A stretch of 64,000 bases of DNA, taken from assembly GCF_006345805.1 (NCBI RefSeq), contig NC_043015.1, positions 12,400,001 to 12,464,000 on the forward strand, read 5' to 3'. Below, in pieces: positions 49,911 to 63,708 of this stretch. This DNA comes from Octopus sinensis (lineage: Eukaryota). The notes under the pieces were generated by a model. The model did no database searches. It saw only the letters and a list, made by a program, of their open reading frames with translations, and was not told the DNA's origin. The first letter of the stretch is position 1. Each line of letters begins with the position of its first letter. Position numbers and translations under genes: made by a program.

Positions 49911-49964
49911 GAGTGTAAAGAAGATCTAATTAGAAGAGCACAAGAAGAACGTATGAAGCGAGAA
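49911..49964 (+). CDS. UBE3C: UBE3C coding exon 2
   Basis: tttcag|ECKEDLIRRAQEERMKRE|gtaagt; 54 nt, phase 0-0. Confidence 0.92.
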
Positions 49965-50448
49965 GTAAGTTGGTTGAAGTTTAATACTAGACACTGTCCT
50001 TGTGCAACTGCCAAAGTTACTAATTATTTTCACATCTTATGTTTTATTCAAAAATGCATAGCTCTTATCTGTTAAAAGGGACAGCCTCCATATTGTTCAG
50101 TGGAAACTGAAGAACCAAGAAAAGTTTATTAATATCAGACTGCAAACTTTGCTTAACTCTAAGAAAGATGACCTGTGCACCTTCCTGTTTTATGACCAGC
50201 TGCTATAATTTTATCAAACTCTCTTAAAAGTTCAATGTAACTGGTAGATCCGAAAGGTTTCTAGAAAATTTCTATTTCATTTCAGATTGACCTTGAACAA
50301 TTTTTGCTTAAATACAAACCCTAAATTAACTTGCTTCCCAAACATATGGGTCCCCTTCAGCCCCAGCGAATGGCATCTTGGGCAATGTCTTCTGCTATAG
50401 TCCTAGGTCAAACAATACCTTGCAAGAGGATTTTCTGTCGTATATGTA

Positions 50449-50484
<36 letters not shown>

Positions 50485-51132
50485 GCATGACCGACCAGTC
50501 CATCAGATGTAGTTACACATCGCTGGTCACAATGCGTTCGCATTATTCTAGCCTTCGAATGACGCCACCCCGCTGGCTAAGCAAGCAGGCCAACAGAAGA
50601 AAGAGTGGTGAAAGAGTACAGTAGGGATCACCACCCCCTGCCGGAGCCTCGTGGAGCTTTTAGGTGTTTTTGCTCAATAAACACTCACAACGCCGGGTCT
50701 GGGAATCGAAACCGCGATCCTACGACTGCGAGTCCGCTGCCCTAACCACTGGGCCATTGCGCCTCCACGTGCATATATATATATATATATATATGCATGG
50801 GTGAGTGTGTGTGTTTGTGCTTTCCTGTCTTGATATTGCAGACAGTTGTAAAATGGTTGTCACTGTCATACACACAATGTCATTCATTCCCAATGTTCTG
50901 CAGAAATATGGCTGTCCACGTAGAAATAGTTTCTTGTTTGGAAACAGATGATGGCTAGTGACAGGAAGGGCATCAGGCCATAGAAAATCTGTCCAATTCA
51001 TACAAGGAAAAGCGGGCATTAAAATGATGATGATCCATACTTTTATACGTGTTTGGTGGAAATTTTTTGTATCTTTCTATGTATGTTTTGGAGGTTTTCT
51101 TCAAGTTGAAACATTTTCATCTTTTGATTTAG

Positions 51133-51207
51133 GAACTGAGAATACAAAATGAAAGTGCTGTTAAGATCCAAACCCTATTCAGAGGTTATCGGACTAGAAA
51201 AAAAGAA
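51133..51207 (+). CDS. UBE3C: UBE3C coding exon 3 (IQ motif)
   Basis: tttag|ELRIQNESAVKIQTLFRGYRTRKKE|gtaagt; IQxxFRGYxxR motif; 75 nt. Confidence 0.92.
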
Positions 51208-51429
51208 GTAAGTTTAATTCTTTATTTTGCAATCATTACAGTAATTTCTATGAAATCTTTCCATTTGTGACATTATTTTCAGTTTGGTTGCAGCTACTCC
51301 TCATTTTCTTCCTCTGTGTGCATGTATATATGTACACAGAAACACACATATGAATCTGTATGAGTGTGTGTGCGTGTGTATATATATATATATATACTTT
51401 ATTTTTTACCTGTATGAGGGGTAGCCACA

Positions 51430-52975
51430 ACAAGACACACACCAAGCATTCCATTCATTTCCCAGCTCAATGAGGTGAGCCTCGTCCTATGCTCAGGTCA
51501 AGGCATTGAAAGCAAATCCCTGATATCAACAGCAGGGCCCAACAGCATATGCTGATTTACCCCCACCGCATCATGCTGGTTCCGTACCCCTTTGGGCAAC
51601 ATCAATTCATTCATCTGTCCCACAAACACTCTCCAAGCTTCCCTATGATTTATAAACTCTCTTGCTTCTCTCACTGCAACACCTCTAACCACCAAATCTT
51701 TCCTCACTTCATCCATCCACACAAACCAAGGTCTTCCTCTGGTTCTGCTGCCTACCACTTCTGTCTTCATCATCCTCCTTACCATCCTCTCCTCATCCAT
51801 CCTCTCCATGTGGTCAAACCACCTCAACATTCATCTATCCATTCTGATACATAGATTTTCTCTCATTCCTGCTTGCCTTTGTACCTCCTTATTCTTCATC
51901 CTGTCCATTCGTGCCATACCAATCATAGCCCTCAAACATCTCATCTCATACACATCTAGTCACCTCTTTTCCACCTTTTTCTGATCACATGTCTCTGCAC
52001 CATATGTCAACACAATCACACCCTCGTACACACCTCTTTTCACTTTCATACTCAACCTTTATCTTTCAGCATATCTTTCTCAACTCCAAGTATCTTACTC
52101 ACCTCCATCACTCTATATCGCACCTCCTCAGCCCCCCCCCATCTGCTGTCACATGAGATCCCAGATACATAAAAACACTCTCCTCCTCTAACATCTCACT
52201 ATTTATACTCACATCCATCCTACCAGCAATTCCATCTCTTGAACATCTCATCACCTTACTCATAGCTACATTCACTTTCAGTTTCCTTTTCTCACACACT
52301 CTTCCAAACTCTACCACCAGCTTCCTCAGTTGCTCTTCTGAATCCACCACCAATGTTGTATCATCAGCAAACAACAACTGACTCACCTATCATTTCTCTC
52401 CATTTTTTCCTACCATTTGCGCTCCCCTGCCAAAGGTTTTAGCATTCACCTCTCTCACCACACCATTATAGATTAAACAGTCACAGAGACATCACACAAC
52501 CCTGTCTTAACCCCACCTTCACATCAACCCACTCACTTAATTCACCACCTACCCTAACACATGCCCTACTTTCTCTATAGAAACTGTGTACAACTCTCAA
52601 CAATCTACCCTCTACTCCATGCAACTGCAATACCTGCCACATTGCATCCCTATCCACACGGACACATGCCTTCTCTAGGTCCATAAAAGTCTAATATACA
52701 TCACTCCCTTTTGCCAAAAACTTCTCACACATCTGCCTTACTACAAATATCTGATCTGCACACCCCTTTCCACTCCTAAAACTGCATTGTTCCTCCCTTA
52801 GTACATTCTCTGTCTGGTTCTTCACCCTTACAATCAGAATTCTCCCATACAGTTTATCAACCACACATAACAGACTTATACCCCTAAAATTTCCACACTC
52901 ACATTTATCCCCTTTCCCCTTGTACAGTGGCACTATACAGGTCCTGCACCATTCCTTTGGTACTCTTCCATCCAT
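51430..52975 (-). mobile_element. Degenerate 5'-truncated RTE-clade LINE
   Basis: IVPLYKGKGDKCECGNFRGISLL, MDLEKA..VDR, GLRQGCVMS, LLFADD, LRWFDHMERM, RGRPWFVWMD across frameshifts. Confidence 0.9.
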
Positions 52976-53033
52976 ATAACAAACAATATATATATATTTT
53001 GTTGTTAGCATTATAATTTCATCTAATATTTAA

Positions 53034-54084
53034 CCCTTTCGTTACCAAACCGCCCAAAGCCGCCCGAAAAAAATTTTGGTTTATGAAACCAAACCGCCCA
53101 AAGCCGCCCGAATTTACCTATTCATATTTAAATGAGAATATCAGAGCAAATCTCTTCAGTACATTCGTGAAAACACGTATTATACTTCGTAAACAGTTCA
53201 ACTACAGTTTTGTACAATAAACGAAGTGTAATTTTAATTTCGTGAATTTTGGGAGATTTTTTTCCGAAATTTGTTCCTATTGTGTTTTCAAAATTTGTAA
53301 TTCTGACAAAAAATGGATACGAATTTCATTATATCAAGCAGCGAGTCAGAATTCGAAGGATTTTCTACTGAAGACCTTCATAAATCTAACTCTATGACTG
53401 AAAAAAAAAAGCATGTGGTATTTGATAATGAATCTGATGTTTCATTTTCCGAAAGTGAAAACAGTGAATCTGAGATCTCCGATAGCGATAAAGAAAACGA
53501 ATTGGCACCTGAATGGAGTGAAAATTTAAAAACTGTTTCTTTCGGTGATTTTTCTGAAGAAACTGGACCAAGCCACAGACTTTCCCAGAAGTGTAAAGCC
53601 TTAGACTATTTCTATTTACTTTTTCGAATGAGCCAATTTGAAATCATTACAGCGAAAACGAACCGTTACGCTAAATGTAAACAAAACAATACTTTGTGGT
53701 TTCCCACAACCTTAAATGAAATTAAGACTATTTTGCCATAAATATTATTATGGGTATCAGAAAGTTACCCAGAATAACAAATTCTATCGTAAAATTTTGT
53801 TGTATACCCAATTGAATATTAGCTAATAACCCATTTTAATAATTTTATATTTTGTGGAATTTACCTGTATCTACCTGCAATTACAGTCACTTTGTGACAA
53901 AAATTATAGTATAGAATTGGTTGAGAATATTTCATTAAATTATCTTCCAAAAATCAGATTAATATATCGATAAATAAAAAAGTTATAGTTGTTTAATGAA
54001 ACCAGACTAAATTTATGATTACGTTAGAAATTAATTGAAACACATAAGGGGTGTAATTTGGTCAGAAATATAGTAACGAAAGGG
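53034..54084 (+). mobile_element. Internally deleted piggyBac element with a truncated transposase (53313-53741)
   Basis: TTAA|CCCTTTCGTTAC...GTAACGAAAGGG|TTAA; subterminal direct repeat ACCAAACCGCCCAAAGCCGCCCGAA twice; acidic N-terminus then YFYLLF...TNRYA...W.PTTLNEIK, followed by a frameshifted IMGIRKLPRI. Confidence 0.92.
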
Positions 54085-54399
54085 TTAAATACCTTTAACA
54101 GTTGTGTTGGGAAATTTGTGTTTATCTGAGCTCACACAGTCATACATACGGAGAGACAGACTGACAGATAATAGTGTTATCATATTCATAAGAATATTTT
54201 CGTGTGTATATGTAATATGCATATGTCATTATATGGAGAACAACAAAGTGAGGGAGACAGACAGACAGGACAACAGAAAGAATGGAGATTCATATCTTTT
54301 CTCTCAATGCTACTTCTTCTGAAAAATGTATCTATCTACCAATCTATGTATCTGTCTGTCTATTCTTCAACTGTTTCACAGACTAAATTCACTCTTTAA

Positions 54400-54609
54400 C
54401 TTTTTAGCATTTAAACTGGTCACATCCGGTCCAAATATGCTACTTGTTTTTTGTTCTAGCCAGCCAGATTCAGCCTATCACACCTACCTTTCAATGTCAT
54501 TATAAAAATAAACAATCACATCAACAAAATTTCAAGGCAACAAGATTAATTAAAAACTGTATGAATGAAAAAGCATCACATTTGACAGAATAATCTGAAT
54601 GCTAAAGAG
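54400..54609 (+). mobile_element. piggyBac-type MITE (diverged copy of 58201-58420)
   Basis: TTAA|CTTTTTAGC...GCTAAAGAG|TTAT; interior homologous to 58201-58420. Confidence 0.7.
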
Positions 54610-55796
54610 TTATTGTGCTCTATGAAAGTAGATGACATTAAAAGGTGCAGGAGTGGCTGCGTGGTAAGTTTCTTGCTTACCAACCACATGCTTCTGGGTT
54701 CATTCCCACTGCGTGGCACCTTGGGCAAGTGTTTTCTACTATAGCCTTGGGCCAACCAAAGCCTTGTGAGTGGATTTGGTGGACGGAAACTGAAAGAAGC
54801 CCGTCATATATATGTATTTATATACATATATATATGTATGTATGTATGTATGTATATATATATATATGTATGTGTGTGTATATGGTTGTGTGTCTGTGTT
54901 TGTCCCCCCAACATCGCTTGACAACCGATACTGGTGTGTTTATGTCCCCGTAACTTAGCGGTTTGGAAAGAGAGGCCGATAGAATAAGTACTAGGCTTAC
55001 AAAGAATAAGTCCTGGGGTCGATTTACTCGACTAAAGGCGGTGCTCCAGCATGGCCGCAGTCAAATGACTGAAACAAGTAAAAGAGTATATTTTCATGTA
55101 TTAAATGTTTTTTTTAAATTTCAATATTGTTTTACCTTCTTTTACTTAATTCTTTCTTGCATATATAACTCCATTTTAATGAAGCAAATCATTACTTATT
55201 CCATGCATAAAATACTGGATAATGCACTAGTATAATATAACCTGTAAAATTAACTTGTATGTAGGTTGACCTTTTGAATAGCTAAAGATTGTAAGGAATC
55301 ATGGTTAGAAAAAAAGTTTATGACTTTCTTGATTTTTTTCCCCCAAATGTTTGAATGTAATCAAGATACTTAATTATGGTTTCAAAATTTGGTATGAGGC
55401 CAGCAATTTTAGAACAGAATAGTTGATTACATTGACCCTTGTACTCAACCGTTTCCTTTTTTATCAACCTTGGCAGAATTTGAATTTGGAATGTAAAGAG
55501 CTAGAAGAAATATGCTCAGCATTTTGTCCTACACGCTAATTATTCTACCAGTTCACCAAATTAAGATACTTAGTTATAATGTCTTTTATATATTCTCTTT
55601 TTCAATTTACATGTTACTTGAAATTTTGTGTTTACTGTGTGTAACATTGTATCAAAACTTAATTCATACATGTCAAGAGAATACTTTTCCAACCTGTTCA
55701 TTAATATAGTAAACTTTAACTGGTTCACCTCAAACGGCACATGGTCATTATATATGGGATTTCACAATAGGATTCAGTTCCATCCAGCATTTAAAC

Positions 55797-55914
55797 CAGT
55801 GGTTTAAATGTTAATTATAAAAATATAACTGGATTTTTTAAACCTCAAATGGCTAGGAGGGTCCATCCAGGTGAAGCAAGCATCAAGAGGGTAAAAAACG
55901 GTTGAGAAACACTG
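55797..55914. mobile_element. hAT-type MITE with 8-bp TSD ATTTAAAC
   Basis: ATTTAAAC|CAGTGG...GAGAAACACTG|ATTTAAAC. Confidence 0.8.
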
Positions 55915-56305
55915 ATTTAAACTGTCCACAACTTTTGTCTTAAATTTGTTGAGGAAAATTTAGCTGCTTTGTCAGCAGATAAGTGACTATTTAAAAATTA
56001 AAACACTATTCTAATATGCTAGATTTTATAGTAGTTTTATAGTGATCAAAGTCAGGGTGTTTGTGTATATTAGATATCTAACAAGATATTCAGTAAATTT
56101 ACATTTCTGGTTTCTGTTCCCTTTACTGCAGAAAAAAAAAAAAAAAAGCTAATTGTAAACTGCTATTGCTTCAGCTTTGTTTTTCTACTTTATTTTTATC
56201 ATTATTCATTTTTTCCTTATTTTAATTGTCTTTCAGCCAGCTTCATTGCTGCTGTACCATTTTCTTGAAATAGTTTTTAATAATTGGTTTAATTCCTTAT
56301 TTCAG

Positions 56306-56443
56306 GCAATGCGTCTGCGAGAATTGTTTGATTCAAAATTATCTACATTTCCCAAGCAATCATTGGTTAATATAGAAACTGTTACTGATCTATGTTGTCA
56401 GCTTCTTTTCTTTTATGATGGTAGCTTGGATCAATCTCGACTT
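56306..56443 (+). CDS. UBE3C: UBE3C coding exon 4
   Basis: tttcag|AMRLRELFD...LCCQLLFFYDGSLDQSRL|gtgagt; QLLFFY...D..RL is conserved; 138 nt, phase 0-0. Confidence 0.92.
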
Positions 56444-56605
56444 GTGAGTAACTTGCAATTTTATTTTGGTCATTTCATTAGTTTTTCTTTCCCACAGTTA
56501 TAATTTCAAAGAAATTTTAAAAATATATTTCTGTCATTTCCAAACTGAGAATATGTCTTACTAATCCATGTGGGAATTCTGTTTTGTTGTTATGCATTGT
56601 ATAAT

Positions 56606-57010
56606 AGAGGGTGCATGGCATAGTTGTTAGTGTTTTGCACCCACAATCACAAGATTGTGGTTCCTGAACCTGGCGGTGCATTGTGTTCTTGAACAAAACA
56701 CTTCATCTCATGTTGCTCTGTGATTACTTTGACACCTGATGTATGGAACACCACACACCTATTCAGGTAATGTCAATTTGATGGAGATGGTTAGCTAATG
56801 TGCTGCACATACATTTGATCGCTTTGAACAATCCATTTGTGCAGGTCGTTCAGCAAGAAATTGCAGTACTGTCTTTCTCAGACTTTGAGAGACTACCATC
56901 AGATCATTGGATAACAACTCTTTCCACTCGCCCATTGTTAAGCTAAGTGCCTGTACTGCTTACAAGTGATATGATACCCATGTTTACAGTTAAATGATGT
57001 TGACTATAGA
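56606..57010 (+). mobile_element. Old tRNA-derived SINE
   Basis: GGGTGCATGGCATAGTTGTTAG head and TTCTTGAACAAAACACTTCAT core-like motif; degenerate. Confidence 0.45.
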
Positions 57011-58200
57011 CATGTCTTTGCTAAGGACTCATTAACGAAACATTGCTAACTTACATTAATAGGTCTCTGATAACTCAACCAACTGTGTCTTCCCGTTCCA
57101 TTGAAGCATAAACTTGATAGTATTTTCTAACATAAAGTGAATGTTGGTCTTAACCTACTTTGAATTGGATCTTTTTATACAAGTGTTTTATTGTTTGATG
57201 ACCTTCACTTTATTACTGAACTCTGAAACAATAGGGGTTAAATTTCTTCATGTAGTTCAAGTGAAGTAAGTTATGTATCTCAGTGGTTTTAAATTTGGGG
57301 TCTAGACTCATGTTGTGCTGAGATGTCTACAATCGTACTGAAGAGCTGTTAGCTATGTTCAAAATTGTTTAAGGTAGCTGAATAAAATGTATAATTACTC
57401 AGTTACATTTAATTATGCAATAAAAACACCATTTTGAGCGTGGCCGTAGCCAGTACCACCACACTGGCCCTCGTGCAGGTGACACGTAAAAGCACCCACT
57501 ACACTCTCGGAGTGGTTGGCATTAGGAAGGGCATCCAGCTGTAGAAACTCTACCAGATCAGATTGGAGCCTGGCGCAGCCATCTGGTTCTCCAGTCCTCA
57601 GTCAAATCGTCCAACCCATGCTAGCATGGAAAGCGGACGTTAAAGAATAAAGGATATAACTTTCAATTAAGAGATGAAACTGGGAAGACAAGTTGTTGTT
57701 ACTTAGTAAAATCAACTTATTGAGTAGAGAGACCTATCAAAAGCTTGTTCATGAAAAAATTCAGGCGTAGGAGTGGCTGTGTGGTAAGTAGCTTGTTTAT
57801 CAACCACATGGTTCCGGGTTCAGTCCCACTGCCTGGCACCTTGGGCAAATGTCTTCTACTATAGCCTCAGGCCGACCAAAGCCTTGTGAGTGGAATTGGT
57901 AGACGGAAACTGAAAGAAGCCTGTCGTATATATGTATATATATATATATATATGTGTGTTTGTGTGTGTCTCCCTAGCATCGCTTGACAACCGATGCTGG
58001 TGTGCTTACGTCCCCGTCACTTAGCGGTTCAGCAAAAGAGACCGATAGAATAAGTACTGGGCTTACAAAGAATAAGTCGATTTGCTCGACTAAAGGCGGT
58101 GCTCCAGCATGGCCGCAGTCAAATGACTGAAACAAGTAAAAGAGTAAAGAGTAAATAAAAGAAGCCTTTGTTAATGAATTTCTTGGAAACTACTACTTAA

Positions 58201-58420
58201 CCCTTTAGCATTTAAACCAGCCATATCCAGCCAAAATATTCTACTTGTTTTATTATCAAACTGGCCAGATCTGGCCTCTCACACCAACCCTACAATATCA
58301 TTCTAAAAATTAACAGTTACCTCTTCAAAATCTCAAAGCTACAACATAATACATGATTAATGCAAACCAATGAAAATAAATAAGCATTATTTCTGACAGA
58401 ATAATGTGAACGCTAAAGGG
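58201..58420 (+). mobile_element. piggyBac-type MITE (220 bp) with TTAA TSD
   Basis: TTAA|CCCTTTAGC...GCTAAAGGG|TTAA. Confidence 0.88.
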
Positions 58421-58743
58421 TTAAGACTAATAAATATATTTATTCATTCTCAGCAACTCAGATCTTCTTATATTTGTATATTTCTGCTTTTGATTTTACT
58501 TAAGTTTCTATCTTTAAATGAGTTCATTATGTGAGAGTGTAGATATCATAACTATTTTTCAAAATTTCTTTTTTAATCACTATTATTGATTTTTTTTTTT
58601 TTTTTTTTTTTTTTTGTAATCACTATTATCAGTGACTTTTAAGCAGCTATAATAGTGCCTTTGTATCATTCATTGAAGGAAAGAAATAGTCTTATTAAAT
58701 TTGCTTGGTTGTGTTGCACATCTCGGCTTTTATGTAATTGTAG

Positions 58744-58856
58744 CTTTGGGTGTGCCAACAAATGCTCACTCAGAAAGATAATGTTGTGAATCACATGGCT
58801 GAAAACTTTGAAAAGATGGTCCATCAGATGAAACTTGTCTTACAACTTTGTTTACT
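58744..58856 (+). CDS. UBE3C: UBE3C coding exon 5
   Basis: tgtag|LWVCQQMLTQKDNVVNHMAENFEKMVHQMKLVLQLCL+CT|gtaagt; 113 nt, phase 0-2. Confidence 0.85.
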
Positions 58857-58915
58857 GTAAGTACTAATCCACTTTTACTAATAAATTAGTTTGTTTATTT
58901 GTTGATCTGTTCAGT

Positions 58916-58918
<3 letters not shown>

Positions 58919-58991
<73 letters not shown>
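58919..58991. repeat. (TA)n microsatellite; similar long tracts at ~36225-36280, 39013-39058, 42775-42920
   Basis: Direct observation. Confidence 0.95.
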
Positions 58992-58999
<8 letters not shown>

Positions 59000-61878
59000 A
59001 TGTCTTTGTGTGTGTGTGAACTCAGGCATGATAGTTTGGTTAAGAAATTTCCTTTCTATCCACATGGTTTTCGGTTCAGTCCCACTGCATTGTACCTTGG
59101 GCAAGTGTCTTCTATTATAATCCTGGATCGATCAAAGCCTTGTGAGTGAATTTGGTTGACAGAAACTGAAAGAAGACTGTCATGTTTGTGTATATCATCA
59201 TCATCATCATTTAGCGTCTGTTGTCCATGCTGGCATAAGTTGGATGGTTTGACCAGTGCTGGCAAGCTGGGGAGCTGCACCACACTCCAGTCTGATTTGA
59301 CATGGTTTCTATGGCTCGATGCCCTTCCTAGCACCAACCACTTTACAGAGTGTATTGGGTGCTTTTACATGTCACACATATATTTATATATATATATATA
59401 TATGTCTATTTTTACAAGGATAACACTTCAATAGGACAACACAATTACCTTTGTATCTAAATTTTAAGTGCTCATGGCTCACTGCTGACATTGCAAATGC
59501 TTGCTTATTACAACAACCTCTGTTGACTGATCTTACTTATTATTCAATCCACTATTTGAAACCATCCAATGCATCTTCCTTCATCAACTACAACCCTGGA
59601 CTAAGTATATTGCTCAATACTTCTTCCTCAGTACTTTATCTCTAAGTGCATCTAGTTATTTCTGCTTCACTATCCTCTAGTCTAGAAAGGTAGAAAGTAA
59701 AGATGTCTCTGGGTGTTATCGTCCTCTTCCTCACTTTATCATAAAATCAGTGAATTGGCGAGTTAAGGAAGAGACAGCTCTCTTTGATTATATAACTCAT
59801 GCAGTAGTCTGATTAGGAGCTCTAAACAGTCTAAATTTTTTGTTTGAATAATCCTAAAATGAATATCTACAACAAATCTTACTGTCCAACAAATAGAAGT
59901 TAGCCAAAAACATTAAATGAATGGCAATGGTGATATGGTAACCATATCCCTCGTTCCCCTATTTTGACTGTTAATTATGAGGCTTTCAGTGTTGAGCTGC
60001 TATATCATCATCATTATCATTTAACATCTGCCTTCCATGCTGGCATGGGTAGGATGGTTTGACAGGAGCCAGCCAGGTAGAAGACTACCTCAGGCTACTG
60101 TGTCTGTTTTTATGGCTGGATACCCTTCCAAATACCAGCCACTCCGCAGAGTGGAACAAGTGCTTTTTATGTGGTACCAGCACTGGCAATGTCAGTTTTG
60201 GTGTGGATTTTATGGCTGGATGGCCTTCCAAATGCCAACCACTTTACAGTGTGGACTGGATGTTTTTTACATGGCACCATCACTGGCATGGTCACCAAGT
60301 AACTTGCATACAAGAAATTTTGAGAGGGGAGGGGGCATTGGAGTAGGGGTTCTTTTGTCCAATTATGAAAGGTTAGAGTGTGACTATAATAATAAGCTAC
60401 AGTGAACTTATTTTTCACAGGAATATTTTTGAGATGTATTTGCAATAGTTGGCTCATGTTTAACAGTGATTTTAAATTTCCTTTGTTTCTATGTTATATT
60501 GCCTTTGAAGTTGTTCAAATTTTTAGCAATTTTATCAGCAGCAATTATTATTATTGTTATTATTATAGAGTGAGAGAACAATGCAGGCCATCAAAGTGAC
60601 ACTGAGATACAAATAAACAACCTGTTTGATAAGGGTACACAGGCATATGTATTATAACCATGTGTGCACAGCATGGTGGCCTCAGATCACGATAAAGAGT
60701 GCTGGTGGGGCCCAGTTAGAATTTTCTTCAGGTTGAGTAGCCCATCCTGCTCAAAAGGTCCCTGAATAAGGTTTGTTTAAGGATGATGAACGAAACTCTC
60801 ATGTTTCTAGGGACAAATTATTCAAACCCCAATGAATTCCTCTCAACACATGGCTGTGATGCTCCCCCACTACTGCTAATGATCAGAGATGCACATATTG
60901 TCAGCCACTAAGGGACATGCTCAGTTACTTAAGGTCAAGCAAATCTGTGGTATTGAGCAGAATATTTGCTGTAGCCAGTCTTTTAGACCAAGGCAAAACA
61001 TGTACATGATAACACTTCTAATCATCCTTTTGGGATCAAATAAATTAAGTACCAGTGAAACACTGGGATCAAATTAATTTACTTCTCCCCTCCCCAAAAT
61101 TTCAGACCTTGTGCCTTTAGTAGAAAGGATTATTATTGTTGTTGTTGTCCTTATTATTAACATCATCACCACCATTATTAAGGTGGGAAGCTAGCAGATT
61201 TGTTAAAGTATCAGACACACTGCCTTGCAATATTTGTTTTGACTCATTGCATTCTGAGCTCAAATTCCACCAAGGTGAACTTTTACCCTTTCAAATCTAC
61301 ACTCACGGAGTGGTTGGCGTTAGGAAAGGCATCAAACTGTAGAAACACTGCCAGATCTGACTGGCCTGGTGTAGCCTTCGGGCTTCCCAGACCCCCAGTT
61401 GAACCGTCCAACCCATGCTAGCATGGAAAGTGGACGTTAAATGATGATGATGATGAAATTCATCAAAATAAAGTACGTGTCAGGCTCTAGAGCCCATATA
61501 ATTTATTTGCACCCTGATTCTCCTCCCAAAATTGCTAGTCTTGTACCTAGAGTAGAAAGAATTATTATTATTAGTAGTAGTAGTAAAAGTAGTATGTACT
61601 ATCATTATTAAGGTGGCAAATAGGCAGAACTGTTAGCATGTTGGACAAAAAGCTTTGCGACATCATTTTGTCTGTCTTTACATTCTACTTTCAAATTCTG
61701 CTGAGGTCTTCTTTGCCTTTCATCCTTTTGGGATCAATAAAATAAGTAGCTGTTGAACACTGGGGTCAATATAATCAACTGGCCCCTTTCCCCAAAATTT
61801 CAGCCCTTATACCTGTAGAAGGATTATTATTGTTGTTGTTATAACTACTACTACTGGTATTATTATTTTTTTTTTCAG

Positions 61879-62036
61879 TTATCTTGAGAAACTAACCTCA
61901 TCTCAGTCTCTTGCACTACCAATGCGAATGCTGGAGATATTCACTGCTACAGAGACTTATGGCCATCTATCTGTGCCAAAAGGCAAAATATGGCCACCAG
62001 TTGTTCAAAATATATTTGAATTTTTATGTAACAAAG
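61879..62036 (+). CDS. UBE3C: UBE3C coding exon 6 (gene continues beyond the window)
   Basis: tttcag|T-YLEKLTSSQSLALPMRMLEIFTATETY...FLCNK-G|gtttgt; ALPMRMLE is the same as I recall for human UBE3C; 158 nt, phase 2-1. Confidence 0.92.
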
Positions 62037-62444
62037 GTTTGTTTAATTTTAAAACATATTGCATAAAGTGGAATTTTTTTCTACTTATAAACTAGTATTA
62101 GTACTAGAATGATTAGGGAGGGGGGATAAATCTGTATGTTATAACAGGATGTCAGCTTTTCTCTATAAAAACATTCCCAGAAATCTGATACCTTTTGTTG
62201 AAGGTAGCAAACTGAAGCAACATAGAGTAATTATTTTTCTGAAAGAAATATACGATTGATTTGAAATCAAGAATCATGAGCTCATGGTCAAATACCTTCA
62301 CTATTTGACCACCTTGACAGAAAATAAAATAATCAATTGCTATTCATATCGGGAAAATATGAATGTAAAGGCAATAAAATGTAGGAGTTTTGTTTCCATT
62401 CCATATAGAAATGCAATTTTTTCTTAAATTGTTTTTGTCTTTTC

Positions 62445-63708
62445 TTCTGGATCATACCATAAATAATGCAGTTTTTTTTATACTTCTTTTATTTTTCAAA
62501 ATTAAGATAAACAAAGTTCTTTTTTAATCTAAAATATACTCTCCTTCATTTTCTACAATGTTCTTCCATCTATCTGGTAGACTTGCAAGACTTCTCTTCC
62601 AAAATTCACTTGTCCATGATGGAAAATACTCCTCCAATACTGTTCTGACCTCGTCTACAGAATTCATATTTTTTCCATCCAAATGATTTTGAAGACTGCA
62701 GAATAAATGATTATCAGATGAGGCAATGTCTGGCGAATATGGTGGGTGAGGCATCACTTCCTATTCAAACTACTCCAGCGTTTGGAATCTCATCCTTGCT
62801 GTATGTGGCCGAGCATTATCCTAATGGAAGAACACCTTTCGTCTTGAAATCAAAGATGGTCATTCTTCTAGCGCTGACTTAAGTTGCTGGCAGTAGATCT
62901 CCTTTGTTATCATTTGGTTCGGGTTTAAAGTTCAAAGTGGACTAAACCTTTCATATCTCACCAAACAGATAACAACACTTTACATGGGTGAAGACCTTTA
63001 GTCTGGGATGCCAGTATTTCTCCTTTCTCTACTTTCTGTCTTTGGCACTTGACATTTTTATAGAGAACCCATTTCTCGTCACTAGTCACTGTTCGGTCCC
63101 AAAAATATTAATTCGTGAGATGTGACAGCAGAAAAGAGCACACAGTCACTTTGCACATGAATAGAATAGAAGGTTTGTGACCCTATTTATTGATTTTTTT
63201 CCAGTAACATGCAGGTGTCGATGAATGCTTGAATGACCACATCCAAGCCTCTCTGCTAGTTCCTCAACAGTTACGATGGGATTTTGTTCCATGAGGGTTT
63301 GCAGGACATCCTCTTTGAGCTCTACAGATCTTCCAAGACAAGGCTTGTCTTCAAGGCTGTAGATTATGGCTCAGAATTTCTGGAACCACCATTGACACTG
63401 GCTTATGCTTATTGTTCAATCCACATATTCTGCATTAATATTCCTTGCACCTTTCGTTGCATTGTTGCCTTTAGTGAACTCATAAAACAAAATATGCCAT
63501 ATATGCTCCTTTGTCACTTTCATTATAGTTTTGAAAGAATAATTGTTAAAATCGAACTGCACCCTTCAAAACTTGCACTAAGAATAAGGATAAGGTAAAA
63601 TTACTACCTGCTTTTATAGCAAGTTGATGCAAGTAGTTTATCCCCCCTCACCTCTGACTTTAGTTCACGCAGTTGAAAAAAACCACATTATTTATGGGAT
63701 GGCTCAAT
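62445..63708 (-). mobile_element. Near full-length decayed mariner transposon
   Basis: ATG at 63523 gives MKVTKEHIWHILFYEFTKGNNATKGARNIN; HTH-like TVEELAERLGCGHSSIHRHL; PHPPYSPDIASSDNHLF...W..IVENEGEYILD. Imperfect TIRs (CCATAAATAATG) at both ends; stops and frameshifts present. Confidence 0.88.

Noticed and set aside
53313-53741. Domesticated PGBD host gene
   Set aside because: The ORF is truncated and frameshifted before the catalytic DDD domain and lies within intact TIRs and a TTAA TSD.
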